A stretch of 62,876 nucleotides of DNA, filler included, from Chiloscyllium plagiosum (Eukaryota): NCBI RefSeq assembly GCF_004010195.1. It is 3 parts of one record of this genome, joined end to end, with 100 filler letters (N's around TTAATTAATTAA, not from the genome) between each part and the next. Parts side by side here need not be neighbours in the genome. Positions count along the whole stretch, not along the records: positions 1 to 14,910 come from NC_057714.1; 2 more parts are not named here. One strand, given 5' to 3'. Below the pieces are notes generated by a model that saw only the letters and a program-made list of their open reading frames with translations, searched no databases and was not told the DNA's origin. A program made the position numbers and the translations under genes. Shown piece after piece: positions 1-12,430 of the stretch (positions are counted from its first letter, which is position 1; every line of letters begins with the position of its first letter).

Positions 1-140
1 CTTTCCTCATTCCTGAAGAAGGGCTTATGCCCGAAATGTCGATTCTCCTGTTCCTTGGATGCTGCCTGACCTGCTGCGCTTTTCCAGCAACACATTTTCA
101 GCTCTGATCTCCAGCATCTGCAGTCCTCACTTTCTCCTCA
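1..140 (+). mobile_element. Penelope-like element terminal repeat (pLTR) fragment with minimal hammerhead motif at about 9-45
   Basis: ATTC-CTGAAGA-A-GGGC-TTAT-GCCC-GAAATGTC followed by the tail GATGCTGCCTGACCTGCTG...CAGCATCTGCAG..CTCACTTTCTCCTC. The same tail recurs at 7.3, 10.8, 15.3, 22.1, 40.9, 46.6 and 52.0 kb. Confidence 0.8.
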
Positions 141-660
141 AAAACCTTATCAAATGCTTTACTGAAATCCATAGACACCACATCAACCACCTTACCCTCA
201 TCCACCTGTTTGGTCACCTTCTCAAAGAGCTCAATAAGTTTTGTGAGGCATAACCTACTCTTCACAAAACTGTGTTGACTACCTCTAACCAACGTATTCC
301 TTTCCAGATGATTATAAATCTTATCTCTTATCCTTTCCAACACTTTATCAGCAACCAAAGTAAGGCTCACTGGTCTATAATTACCGGGGTTGTCTCTATT
401 TCCTTTCTTGAACTAGGGAACAACATTTGCTATCCTCCAGTCTTCAGGCACTATTCCTGTAGACAATGATGCCATAAAGACCAAAGCCAAAGGCATGGCA
501 ATCTCTTCCTTGGCTTCCCAGAAAATCCTAGGAAAAATCCCATCTGGCTCAGGGGACTTATCTACTTTTATATATTCCAGAATTGCTAACACCTCCTCCT
601 TGTGAACCTCGGTCCCATCTAGTCTAGTAGCCTATATCTCAGTATTCTCCTCGACAACAC
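141..660 (-). mobile_element. CR1 LINE ORF2 (RT) fragment
   Basis: Minus-strand translation [46 protein letters not shown], typical of CR1 RT. Confidence 0.9.
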
Positions 661-1049
661 TAAAACAAACAGGCAGTTACTCCGTTCATCTTTGCCACCT
701 TTAAAAATAGCTGTAGCCAAAGAATTCAAATTATTGCAGTGAAGAATTAGCCTCCCTTATTTTGAAGATGACAACACAGAGGGCGTTCATTCCATTATGT
801 TGGTGTCAGCTCCGTGAAAGAACAAACTAGTTTTAGTCCCTGATTTTTCAATAGTTTTTTACCTGTTAGAGTATCGATCAAATTCTCTTCTAAAATGACT
901 GCTCAATTTCTTTCTGCCACTCTTTCAAGTCAGACATTCGAGATCAGAGAAAGTTGCTGTTTCTCCTAACCTCTCCTCTGGTTCATTTGCCACAGTTATC
1001 ATCAATCCATGTCTTTTGGTTACTGAGGTACTGGTGCAGGTATTAATGA

Positions 1050-3175
1050 TATAGGTTGAAAGAGTAAAGAGGTTCTGGTGAGGGAATATCAACAGTGAAG
1101 GGCTAAATTAAAAAGGAAAACCAGAAAGGTAAACATCTCTGAATTACTTTCTCAATCACAAGCTATTGGCACAGGATGAACAAGATTAAAGAGCTAAACA
1201 CATGATTCAAAGATTGGTGTGGGAGAAATGGTTTTGAATTCATGTGCTATTGGCACCAGTACTGGGGAAGGAGGGAGTTGTTCCGTTAGGATGGGCTCCA
1301 CCTTGGGACCAGAATCTTGGCTAATCGCACAATTAGGGCTATGGATGGGACTTTAATGAAATAGTGGGGGTTGGGTCCAGTTGCATGGAAAAGTAAGGAA
1401 GAAGTTCAAGTGGGGGAGGGATTAGCAGAATTTATTGAAGTTTCCAGAACAAGTAACAGAACTGGGAGTATGAAAAGGGTCAGGAATCTAACTCCAGAAA
1501 CAGTAGAAAAGAGAACAATTATGTGAAAAGGTGGGAGGCAGGCAGTCAATGCAAGATCAAAGGTGTTGTATTTAAACACCTGCAGTGTATGAAACAAAGT
1601 AAATGAGCTTGTAGTACAGATTGAAATTGGCAGGTACAATCTTGTGGATCTTGTACAATTATAGAGATGTGGCTGCAAGGGGATCAGGGCTGGGAACCAA
1701 ATAGCCAAGGCTACATGTCCTATTGAGAGGACAGGCAGATGGGCAGAGAAGATAGGGTTGCCTTATGAATAAGAAATGAAATTAAATTGATTTTATAATC
1801 ACAGAAGTCAGGAGGGGTCCCAGAGACTAATGGTTAATGTAACAAACAATTTAAGAAGGGAGGGAGGCAGAAAACTGGAAACTATAGACCAGTTAGCCTG
1901 ACCTCGGTCTTTGGTAAAATTTTAGAGTCCATTATTAAGGATGAGATTACAGAGTAGTTGGGAGTGCATTGGTATAATAAGGGTGAGTCAGCACCATTGT
2001 CTCAAGGAGAGGTCATGCCTGACAACTCTGTTAGAATTCCTTAAGGAGGTAATGAGCAAGTTAGGCAAAGGAGATCTAATAGATGTGATCTATTTGGATT
2101 TCCAGAAGCCCTTTGACAAAATACAGTCCAAGAAGCTGCTAAATAAGATAAGAGCGAGTGTTAGGGGCAAGATCTTGGCATGGGTAGTAGATTGGCTGAC
2201 TGGCAGGAGGCAGAGAGTGGAAGTAAAGGCTTCCTTTTCAGGATGGCAGTTGGTGACGAGTGGATTTCCGCAAGGATCCATGTTGGGACCAGAACTATTC
2301 ACTTTATACATTAACGATCTGGATGAAGAAAGTATTTTTGGATTGTTGGAAGGGCAGGTAGTGTTGAGGAATTAGGAGTCTGCCGAAGGACTTGGACAGG
2401 GTAGGAGAGTGGGCAAAAAAGTGGCAGATGGAATACCATTTGGGAAATTATGAGGTAATGCACTTTGACAGGAAGAATAGAGGCATAGAGTCTTTTTTAA
2501 ACAGGGAAAGACTTCACAAATCTGAAGCAGAAAGGGAATTGTGAGTTCTAGTTCAAAATTCTCTTAAATTCTCTTCAAGAGGGCAGGTATACAAGAATAA
2601 AATGTACTACAAAGGCTGTATACGGCTTAGTCAGACAGCATTGGGAATATCGTGAGCAGTTAGAACTATATCTAAAGAAGGATGTACTGGCATTAAAGGT
2701 CTACAGAGGGGATCCAGAGGAGGTTTACAAGAATGATCCCAGGGATGACGAGCTAGTGATATGAGGGGTGATTGAGGACTTTGAGTTTTTACTCGATGGA
2801 GTTTAGAAAGATTGGGGGAGATCTCATTAAAACTTGTAGAGTATTGAGAGACCTGGATAGAGCGGGTGTGGACAAGGTGTTTCCACTAGTAGCAGAGATG
2901 GGACCTGAGGGCACAGCCTCGAAGTGAAAGGATGTTCTTTTGAACTGAGATGAGGAGGAATTTCTTCAGCCAGAAGGTGGTGATGCATCATTGCTGCAGA
3001 AGGCTGTGCAAGCCAAGTCATTGAAAATATTTAAGTGAGATGAATAGGGGATCAAAGATCATGGGGAGAAAGTAGGAGAATAGGGTTGAGAAACATATTA
3101 GCCATGATCAAATGATGGAGCAGACTCAATGGGCAAAATGGCATCATTCTGCCCTTAGGTTTTATGGTCTTTTGG
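1050..3175 (+). mobile_element. Decayed CR1 LINE (ORF1 esterase-like end, endonuclease start, internal deletion, RT to 3' end); possibly two elements
   Basis: About 1170-1310 reads KIKELN..KDWCGRNGFEF..WHQYWGRRELF..DGLHL. About 1560-1760 gives endonuclease-like NKVNELVVQI..WLQGDQGWE. 1941-2375 gives RT motifs DVIYLDFQKPFDK and [25 protein letters not shown]1-type tail near 3120-3170. Confidence 0.85.
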
Positions 3176-3779
3176 TATCCATCACTAGAGTCAGTGGCCT
3201 GGATTTTAAATCAGGGGCACATTCTGTGGAGAGGCACTGATTTGAGGTCAGAAAACCAGGCAGAATGATTTTAACTGCATAACTCCTTTCAATTCCTTAC
3301 TGTTTCCTCCCCACAGGCAGCCCAGTTGTCAGCCTAGAAGCCTGTCTGACATATAGGAGCCTACCATACAAGGCCACTCCTGAGTATGGCTAGATCACGG
3401 TGGGGATACCAATTGCAGGATGGAGGGAATCACATCACAAGGCAGTGGGGAAAAGGGAAGGGGGTACAGGTTTGTTCATTTGGAGCCAATCACAGAATGG
3501 TCCAACTGGGAAGTGTTAGTGTCCTATTTGCACAATCGCTGAAGAATTTGAACTGGGTTTTAGGAATTTTAGTTTTACATTTGTGCTATCTGAACTATCA
3601 TAGAGATATCACTGGTAGGGATGTTAATGGATTGAATAAAACTTCAAGTTTATGACTGAGCCTTATCCTGCATCTGTACAATTCTGTTCTTTGTAAAATC
3701 CTGAATTCTGAGAACCACATATAGGATGTCCTGGAGTGCTAATCCTTACACAACAGAGGAAAAAAAAAATCTTACTAAA

Positions 3780-4400
3780 TTGGTCAATGGCTGGAGGACG
3801 TTGGGTGCTTACAGTTTGGTGGCAACAGGGCCAAGGAAGCAGAAAATGGTTTTCGCAAACAAGACAAGCTCAGGGAGTGTATAAGATAAGAGAGAAACTA
3901 AAAACAAATATGAGTTCAGGGCCCAGGTGCTGCTGAACATTTGGCTCAATTGGCCTCTGAAAGGGAGGGATACAGCAAACAAAACTGATCAGATGGACTC
4001 AAATGTTGTGACAAAGAAGTCCAGGATCTCCTCAGCCTTCTTATTGGAAGTGAGGGTGGAGGGGGTAAGGGAAAGGATGTTGTGGTAGAGAAAAGAAGCT
4101 CTGAGTTATCTATGCATACCAGAACAATAGTGGGAGAGGGAACAGTCTGATCAGATGAGATCAGGTCCGAGAGTACTTTATGTAACACCCCAGATCTGGC
4201 AGTGAATGGTTAAACAATTGCCTTTCAGATCTGTGTTCTTTGGATTCATGGAAATAAAGATGAAAGCCACAGGAGAGAAAGTAGCCAGCATAATGGTTTT
4301 ATTGGGGACTATGGCATCAAAGGTTGAGGCAGTTATGAAGTTGGGTCAGTTTACTATTCAGGGCCATTAGCAGAGTGAGATATATAACTGGTGACAGATC
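3780..4400 (-). mobile_element. Old L2-clade LINE ORF2 relic
   Basis: Minus strand reads LTIHCQIW...IVLVCIDNSELLFSTT, resembling the L2 ORF2 segment between endonuclease and RT. Heavily decayed. Confidence 0.45.
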
Positions 4401-5624
4401 TGATTCTATTCAATTTTCTGTCCCCACTCAAGTTAAATTTCAAATCAAATACCCCAATCTTCTATTAATAAAACCAACAATCCTTTATTGATTTAATTCA
4501 CTTCATCCAACCAATCCCTTATATGTATAGTTTTTGAATGGAAGGAGGTCATTAGAAAATTAAGAGCATCACAAAAGCATATAAGTGACATGTTGTGAGT
4601 ATTACACCAGGATTTCCATTCTACGGATGTGGCTGACAGCTGGGGCTGCCAGCAGCCTCACAGTGACAAAGCTAGGTGCCTTTAAACAACAGAGTAATGT
4701 TCCTTGCGCAACCATGTATGGCATCTCCCACTGCGTATATGCCTATGTGTCTGTCTTTCATTCATTTAAAATAGCTCAGCACTTCATATGCACCTCAAGG
4801 GCTGCTGTTGTTTATCAGAATTGTCACGCTAGTAATCAGAAATTAACTGTTGTATTTGTTGATTCTTTTAAAGAGGCAATTCCAAAATCAAATTCAAAAA
4901 GTGAAGCAAAATGACCTTAAGTTTGATTTCTATTCTGAAATTCTGGGGCTTTTAAATTTTCTTTTTGGTTTTTTCACCCCCGCCACTCGCTATTGATTAC
5001 CATGCATTTTGCTTTAAGGACAGTCAGCTGGATAACTGAACATTTAAGTTGCCATGGAAGCATTTGTATTCAATGGCTATCGGCATCTACTGTGTCCAGC
5101 TACTGTCAAGCTTCAGTCAATCAATCTCAGGCCTGTTCTCTGGGGAAATACCCTATTGCAAATTTCTAATGATCCATGTGGGTTACATTAATCATGCCTT
5201 TTCATCGAGGAATATTTCAGCAGTTCATCTACAGAATGTGTTATCAAAAAGAGAAGTGCATCTTGAACAGAATAATACTCTTGTTAAACTGCTCCAATGA
5301 GAACAGTTTCCTTTTAACAACATTGTGCTTACTTGCTGGATATCTGGTTAACCAATCTCAGACGGTGGTTACAACTCCTAATCAATGATGAGAGCTGACA
5401 AATTTGCTCTATTTCTTTGATATTTAAACATAGAATGGAGGCTCCAGGAGCAACCAGAATTGTTTCTAATCTGCAAAATCTTAAGTTAAAACCAAGCTGC
5501 ATATCTTCTGGAAATGTTTTGTAGCTTGCATCCAAAAGCAACAGAGCCTAACAATTTGTTCTGATGGATCTCAAAAGCAAACTCTATTGAGTTTTAAAGT
5601 TTGAGTTGTGTGTGCTCCTGAGAC

Positions 5625-5948
5625 TTAGAATCATCGAATCCCTACAGTGTGGAAGCAGGCCATTTGGCCAATTAAGTCCATGCCAACCCTCAGCAGAGCA
5701 TCCCACCCAGACACACTCCCATAACCCTGCATTTCCCATGGCTAATTCACCTGGTCTATACATGCCTGGATTGTGTGGGCAATTTAGTATGGCCAATCCA
5801 CTCAATCCGTATATCTTTGGACTGTGGGAGGAAACCAACGCAGACATGGGGTGAACATGCAAATTCCACATAGACAGTCACCCAAGGATGGAATCAACCC
5901 ATGTCCCTGGGCTGCGAGGTAACAGTGCTAACCACTGAGCCACCGTGT
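5625..5948 (-). mobile_element. HE1-like tRNA-derived SINE (V-SINE type)
   Basis: Minus strand starts CACGGTGGCTCAGTGGTTAGCACTG (A box), has a B-box-like motif and the core GGTTTCCTCCCACAGTCCAAAGA, and ends in a CR1-like tail CTTCCACACTGTAGGGATTC. Confidence 0.9.
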
Positions 5949-5994
5949 CTCTCTAAACCTTAGCATAAAATCTAGACTGGGGTGTTGGTGTATT

Positions 5995-6320
5995 ACATAC
6001 GGAGTGCTACAGTATCAGATGATGTGTGTCTACTCTGTCAGGAGGATTTAAAACAAAAACCATTGCTCTGTTGTGAAGAAATACAATGGAGTTTTCCTCA
6101 GAATCTGATCTAATATTTACCTCTCAGCCAATATCACCAAAAGCAGATTACTCAGTTGTTATCACTTTGTCAGTTCTGGATCTCATTACAAAATTAAGCC
6201 ATTACATTTTCCTACTCTTTAACAAAGCCAACACGTCAAAAGCCCTTTGCAGGCTGCGAAGCATGAAGGCTTGTGCAAAAATTCTGAAAGGAATTGTGTA
6301 AATACAAGATATTTTTCTTT
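5995..6320 (+). mobile_element. DeuSINE (SacSINE1-like) relic
   Basis: Degenerate match from memory to the Deu core and tail: GGAGTGCTACAGTATCAGA...AATATTTACCTCTCAGCCAATATCACCAAAAGCAGATTA...GTAAATACAAG. Confidence 0.5.
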
Positions 6321-6489
6321 TTAACCATTGTTAGCTTTATGTCGCCATATTATATAGCTGCAGCGAGACTTCACTCAGAAGTTGTATGCCTCAGGCTTAG
6401 AATATTCAACACAGTAAGAGACTGGCCAACACTGAATCTGCTTTGTTTTGGCATTTGCACCTACAGACACATACATGGGAAAAATAGAA

Positions 6490-9400
6490 ACTTGGGGCAG
6501 AATCACATCGAGGTGTAAATGATATGGGTTATGGTGAGATTTATGGCAGAATGTGCAACAAGACCTGTGAGGCCCATTCTGATGTTGGGTACAACTCAGT
6601 GCATCTTTTCCACATCAACCAAATGGTGAAATGAGTTTCTAATGACTAGACAGTGATTCTAGAGAGTGGTAAGTTGCTATTTAAGGGGTACTAGTGCTTG
6701 CCAAATGCCTCATTAATGGCCTAACTCACCTCATAGATATTCAGCTTCCTGCCTTACCATATTTGGCAAACAAACTGGACTTTGGGAAGTCCGAGCTCAG
6801 CTCACCGTGGAGGAGACTCCATGTTGCTTAGGACAAAGCAGGATTCAGGGCATGATCTATTGGCACCAGATCATCCATCCTTCATCATGAATGCTGGCAT
6901 CCAAGATTTGCCAACCCCTCATGCTCATCATCGCACCTCTCTGAGCATCGGGCATGATGTTTTGGAAGCACAGACCTACAGGGCAGGCTGCACCAGGTAC
7001 CAACATTGGAAGGCTGATGCCTGGACAATTTATGCATGCATGGACTGAAACCCTGGTTTGCATCTCAGTGCAGCTCGCTTGGTCTCTTAGCAACCTCTCA
7101 TTTACCGCCTACTTGCATTATTGTAGTGTCCCTGCCTTGCCCATTGGCACAGTCATATCACCAGGCAGCTAGCTTTGTTGGCAGCAGTCGCTGTCAAGTG
7201 GGCATGCACCTTGCTGTATGGCAGTGTGCTACATCAATCTCACAACTTCATAATCGACGTTTTTTCCTGAAGAAGGGCTAATGCCCGAAACGTCGATTCT
7301 CCTGTTCCCTAGATGCTGCCTGACCTGCTGCGCTTTTCCAGCAACACATTTCCATCTCTGATCTCCAGCATCTGCAGACCTCACTTTCTCCTCACAACTT
7401 CATATGCCAGCAGCTTACGTGGCTAACGCACTGATATGTGCAGCAAGCAAGCAAAGTTGTAGGGAAGTAATTCTCACTGAACTCCTTCAAACCTCCTTCA
7501 TGCAGAAGTTCTAGTGCAGTAAGTTACAGGCAGTCTCCAACACCAGTCAGAGGTTTGGCCACAGTCAGATATCTCAGTGTTCTCAGTCAGGGGAGAGTCC
7601 ATGTCTCCACAGTCACTGGAATGGGTCAGGGTCAGTCTGGTGGCTCCATAGTAGTCAGTCTGAGGGGTTGGGCCAATAATGATCAGGGACATATACGGTT
7701 CTGGACACTTCTCACCTGTCTATGGGATTGACTGGTCAGGTCACTCATAGGGCTGAGCCATAGTCTGGCTGTCGGGCCCATCCACAGAAACTGAGGAGAA
7801 GGAAGATGGAAATGGACAAGGGGCTGTGAGTGGCTGCTTTGGGAGGGAGAGGTGGGAACCTATTATTCGAGATTGGGGGTTGCAGATTGGAGGAAGGGGG
7901 ATGATGATTGCAAAGGGGCCAACAATATTGTAAAGGGGGAATATGATAAAGCATGGTTGGGAATGGGGTAATGCCAGAGTGGGTTTTTCACATGGTTAAG
8001 AGGTCTTGTCTTCAAGGAGGGGACAGTGTGTAACTATACTTGGCATGGTCAGCTCATACCAGGAAAGTAACTGGACAGGTCCAGGCTCATGTAGAGGGGT
8101 TGGGTGGGGACCTGGTGAGGTATACAAAGTCTATGAGGTTAACAAGAAGGGCTATCACAAAAGAGACCTGGATATTCAGGGATTCACTGAGGGGGAAGCT
8201 GGAAACTCTGGTCGATGAGCGCACCCCATTGCCTTTCAACGTGCTGGAAATCAAAAGTGCGCAATGTGGAAGAAAATGGCAGCAGCGACAACCTAGAGTG
8301 GACTTGGTAAGTGAGTCAATATGTGAGGGAGAGGATAGTAAAATCCATCAATGTGAGGCACTTTGTAGGGCTACAACATCGCACACAAATCCATGCACTG
8401 TACAGGACACAGAACCTGACAATCCTTCAGCACCGGCTCCCTGTTTGCTCTACATGGCTTTGCTCCACTCTATTCACCTCGATAGCTTTGGACTCAGAGA
8501 CCCGGAAAAGCATAGTAGTTTTGCATAAGGACAATGGATGCCAGCATAACCTATTGCCTTGTATAAGCCTTGTGCATCGAGACCTGCAGCAGCCTCTCAA
8601 TGCTGACTTCAGTCCATCCTGTATGGACATGAGGTTAGGCATCATGCTGGTACAATTACACTTGGGGCTATTTCGAGAGTTAAACAAACTGGAGTAATAA
8701 GAGCCACATCAAATTTATACAAATATGCCACTTCATATAGAATTGCACTGTCACACATGCCATCAAGACACTCTCAAGACATTTTTTGTCTTCCTTTCCA
8801 CCCCACAAGCTTTCAGCTCTGTCCCAGGTTAGGCAGCTAGGAGCTGGCTCAGCATTGCAGTCCATTGGCCTTGGAGGTTTGGTCATATGACCCCGGGGGC
8901 ATGTGTGTGAATGGATGGCCCTGACATACTGAGGTCCTTTTTGCTAGATGCAATTGAACCCTCCTTGGCTTGAACTTCCCAGGATCAAAGTGGGGCAGGT
9001 CGAGTGGTGGTGAAGAGGCCAGCCACCTCTAGAGTGTTCCTGAGGGGAGAATTCTGAGGAGTCTGCGTGTAGTTCTTCCTGCAGCTGGATGTCTCCTGGC
9101 ACTGCTCTTGTGAGGAAAGACCACTGAAGTCCCCCAGTGTGTATGCCTGGCAGCCAGATGGTTTCATGCTTGGAACAGCTGATTCCTCTTAGTGCAGCCT
9201 CTGGGCAATGATTGTCATTGCGACCCACATCGCTGTATGCAGCCCCCATTTCTCCGTATGCGAGTGGATGAATTCCCTGTTTACTGATACCTCTCATGCC
9301 TGGGGTTGAGATAATGCCGAATCTCCCATCTGAATGGCCTGGCCTGTTTCTTCCTTGGCCAAATATGGAGTAGTCATAGTGAGGTACGCTCCAGCTTGTG

Positions 9401-9600
9401 TTCCCAATCTTTATGAGACCAGCATTCCCAACAGGGCTGTTAAAAGGCATCCTTGTCGGTGCTTCCTCAGAGGTCAAGGAAGTGCATTCAGATGGAGCCA
9501 GCCATTTCTCCATAGAGGCCATTGGGACTTACACATTTTAATCACTTTGAATGCCCTCTTGTGATTGACAATTCTATGATGGAAAATGAGTCTTCTTTTT
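6490..9600. mobile_element. GC-elevated ancient interspersed element, possibly a decayed PIF/Harbinger DNA transposon
   Basis: Higher GC than the flanks and many broken ORFs. Only weak motif hints: AQCGRKWQ (SANT-like) and SIVV..GCQHNL (HARBI C-terminus-like). Confidence 0.25.
7253..7390 (+). mobile_element. Short PLE pLTR insertion with hammerhead motif and 14-bp TSD
   Basis: TSD CTCACAACTTCATA at 7239-7252 and 7391-7404. Contains CTGAAGA-A-GGGC-TAAT-GCCC-GAAAC-GTC. A 10-nt inverted piece ATCGACGTTT lies at the 5' junction. Confidence 0.85.
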
Positions 9601-9625
9601 CACTCTACCTGGGTACCTCACAGCC

Positions 9626-9963
9626 ATAGAATCCCTACACTATTCAGCCCATCACGTCCACATTGATCTTCTGAAGAGTAGCCCACCAAGACTGACTAGC
9701 CCCCCAGTGCCTATCCCTACATTTCCCCATGATTAATCCACCTAGCCTGCAGATCCCTGGATACTATGGGCAATTTAGCACAGCCACCCCATCTAACCTG
9801 CACATCTTTGGACTGTAGAAGGAAAGCAAAGCACCCAGAGGAAACCCATGCAGACATGGGGAGAATATGCAAACACCACACAGACAGTCACCCGAGGGTA
9901 GATTTGAACCCATGTCCCTGGCACTGTGAGTCAGCAGAGCTAACCACTGAGCCACCGTACCAC
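9626..9963 (-). mobile_element. HE1-like SINE
   Basis: Minus-strand head GGTGGCTCAGTGGTTAGC, B box GGTTCAAATC, V-SINE core and GTAGGGATTCTATG tail. Confidence 0.9.
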
Positions 9964-10334
9964 TCCTTATATTCCTTATATAATCTCATATTCTTCAATT
10001 AGTTTCGTTAATTAGTAATGTCACCTTATTTTCCTGAGCCTGGACTTTTGCGGCCCTGAAGAGAATTTTGAAAGTTGGGGCCTCATAAAGAGTATGGCCC
10101 AATCACCATTTTCCTGCCTAACCCCCAGCCATCTCCCATATTGCACTAAGTGAGGAAGATGTCAGGTTGCCTTCTGGCCCTCAGAAGTTTTGTTGTCCTG
10201 CTGGGCCTCATTTTGACTTCACTTACATATAGGGAAAATGGGAGCTGATGATTCTTATTGCCTACTGTCAGGCTTGACATGAGCACCTTCTTTGTACTGG
10301 TCCCATGGGCCCATCAGAGGTTCCAGCCATTGGA

Positions 10335-11760
10335 ACTACAGAAACACTGTAGCATGGAAAGATGCCATTCAGTCCATTATGTGTGCACCCACAGAAAGGA
10401 AAAAAAAAACACTTTCAAATCCCATTCTCCATCAGCTGGTCCATTTCCCTCTAAGTCACAGTACTTCAGGAGCAGATAAACCAGGCACCAAACTCCAGAC
10501 ACATATCACCCTCTGGATGTAAAAGCTTTTTCTCATGTCCCCTCTAAGCCTTACACCAATCACTTTAGTTCTGTGCCTCCAGGTAATTAGCTTCTCAGCT
10601 ATGGGAATCTTTCCTGTCTTCTCTATCTAGACCCCTCACAACATCATTAACCTCAATTAGGTGAGTCACTCAGCCTCCTCATTTCTAAGGAAAAGAATCC
10701 TAGCTAATTAAAGTCACTGATAAATATCAAGAAAGGAACACCCATTGGCACCAGTACTGAGCCCTGCAGAAGGAGAAAGTGAGGTCTGCAGATGCTGGAG
10801 ATCAGAGCTGGAAATGTGTTGCTGGAAAAGCGCAGCAGGTCAGGCAGCATCCAGGGAACAGGAGAATCGACGTTTCGGGCATAAGCCCTTCTTCAGGAAG
10901 AAGAAGGGCTTATGCCCGAAACGTCGATTCTCCTGTTCCCTGGATGCTGCCTGACCTGCTGCGCTTTTCCAGCAACACATTTTGAGCCCTGCAGAACCCC
11001 ATCAATATCTTTCCAATCACAAAAGCAGCCATCAGCATAACCATTTGATTCCTGCTGGTGAGGCAATTTTGGACTTAACTTACCACTTTTACTTGCAGTT
11101 CATGAGCTTCTGATTTTTGGATCAGTCTGCCACATGGGAATTTGTCAAAAACCTTAGTAAAATCCATGTAAACTATATCAAAATGTATTAATCTTAGCAA
11201 CCCTCATTGACCCTCAATAAATTCAGTCAAGTCAGTGAGACAAGATCTTCCTTTAACAAATCTATCTTTACTATCATTAATTAATCTGTGTGTCACTAAA
11301 AAAGTAAGTTATATTTTCAGTGTCAGAACTTCTTTTCAATAACTTGTCCACCACTACATCTAGACTATTTGTCCTGTTGTTACTTTCCTCCATTTGTAAA
11401 TAGGGTGACAACATTAGCAACCCTCCAGCCCTCTGAAGTCAGAGGATTGCAAAGGAATAATTAGAGCTTCTACTATTTCTCCCATTGGTCAGCAGAACAG
11501 GCTCAAGGGGCTGAATGGCCGACAGCTATTCTTATGTTCATTTGTTCCGTTAGGAGCCCGGGATACAATTCCGTTGGGCATGGCTTATCTATTTTCAAGG
11601 ATGCAAAACACCTTTGTATTTCTTCCCTTACTGTATTTATCCAAGACAATATTACACACTCGTCCTCCTTACTACAATGTCTGTTTTGTGTCTCCTAGAT
11701 GAAAATAGACATAACTTTATTAAGAACTGTGCCTCCACCGCCAACATAAATAATATTTCT
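10335..11760 (-). mobile_element. Decayed CR1 LINE interrupted by a PLE palindrome
   Basis: CR1 3' tail at about 10335-10380. RT-like antisense sequence TTTGTCAAAAACCTTAGTAAAATCCATGTAAAC (VYMDFTKVFDK). Confidence 0.7.
10772..10982 (-). mobile_element. Fold-back PLE-derived insertion (83-bp perfect inverted repeat) with 14-bp TSD
   Basis: Arms 10812-10894 and 10900-10982 are exact reverse complements around a 5-nt spacer. TSD TGAGCCCTGCAGAA at 10758-10771 and 10983-10996. Complete hammerhead core on the minus strand. Confidence 0.92.
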
Positions 11761-11875
11761 GGGCACGAATTGACTTTATTCTTCCTTTCCTTCTTTATAA
11801 TTATAAAGCATCTTTGGATATGCTGGAATAGAAACAGAAATAGTGTAAATATTCAGTACGTCAGATAAGTTGTCG

Positions 11876-11925
11876 GAGGGGGAGGGGAGAGAGAGAGAGA
11901 GAAAGACAGAGAAAAACAGAGAGAC
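11876..11925 (+). repeat. GA-rich microsatellite / polypurine tract
   Basis: GGAGGGGGAGGGGAGAGAGAGAGAGAGAAAGACAGAGAAAAACAGAGAGAC. Confidence 0.85.
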
Positions 11926-12132
11926 AAAACTAAAATTGTAGCTGGTTCTTGAGAATATGACATGTTGACCTGTTTCCCTTCCTTTAGTTTTGTCCTGTAA
12001 TAGGGATCCCATGGATTTTCCACAAGGCTCCATGTGACTGTCAGACAGGGAATTCCAGTATTCCTGCAACATTGAAGGGATAAATTCAACTCTGGATGGT
12101 CTTTGTCTTGTTCCCATGTACCTGTTTTCTGG

Positions 12133-12430
12133 GGTGGCTCAGTGGTTAGCACTACTGCCTCACAATGCCAGGAACCCAGGCTTCAATCCAACCCTGGCTG
12201 ACTGTGTTGAGTGTGTGTGTTCTCCCTGTGCCTGAATGGATTTCCTCCAAAAGTCCAAAGATGAGCAGGTTGGATGGATTGGCTATGCTAAATTACCCTT
12301 AAGGTGCAGGCCAGGTGGATTAGCCATGGGAAATACAGGAATTGGAGATGGGGATGGGATGCTCTTCAGAGAGTTGGTGTGAAATCAATGGGCCAAATGG
12401 CCTACTTTCACACTATGAGGGAATCTATGA
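12133..12430 (+). mobile_element. HE1-like SINE
   Basis: Head GGTGGCTCAGTGGTTAGCACT; tail GGGCCAAATGGCCTACTTTCACACTATGAGGGAATCTATGA. Confidence 0.88.

Noticed and set aside
10812..10982. Long hairpins as candidate miRNA genes or classical MITEs
   Set aside because: The arms are PLE pLTR sequence, the ends are asymmetric, and TSDs vary from 11 to 15 bp. This fits retrotransposition, not a DDE transposase or a miRNA locus.
12047..12056. NF-kB-like GGGAATTCC site
   Set aside because: A short motif that could arise by chance, with no promoter context.
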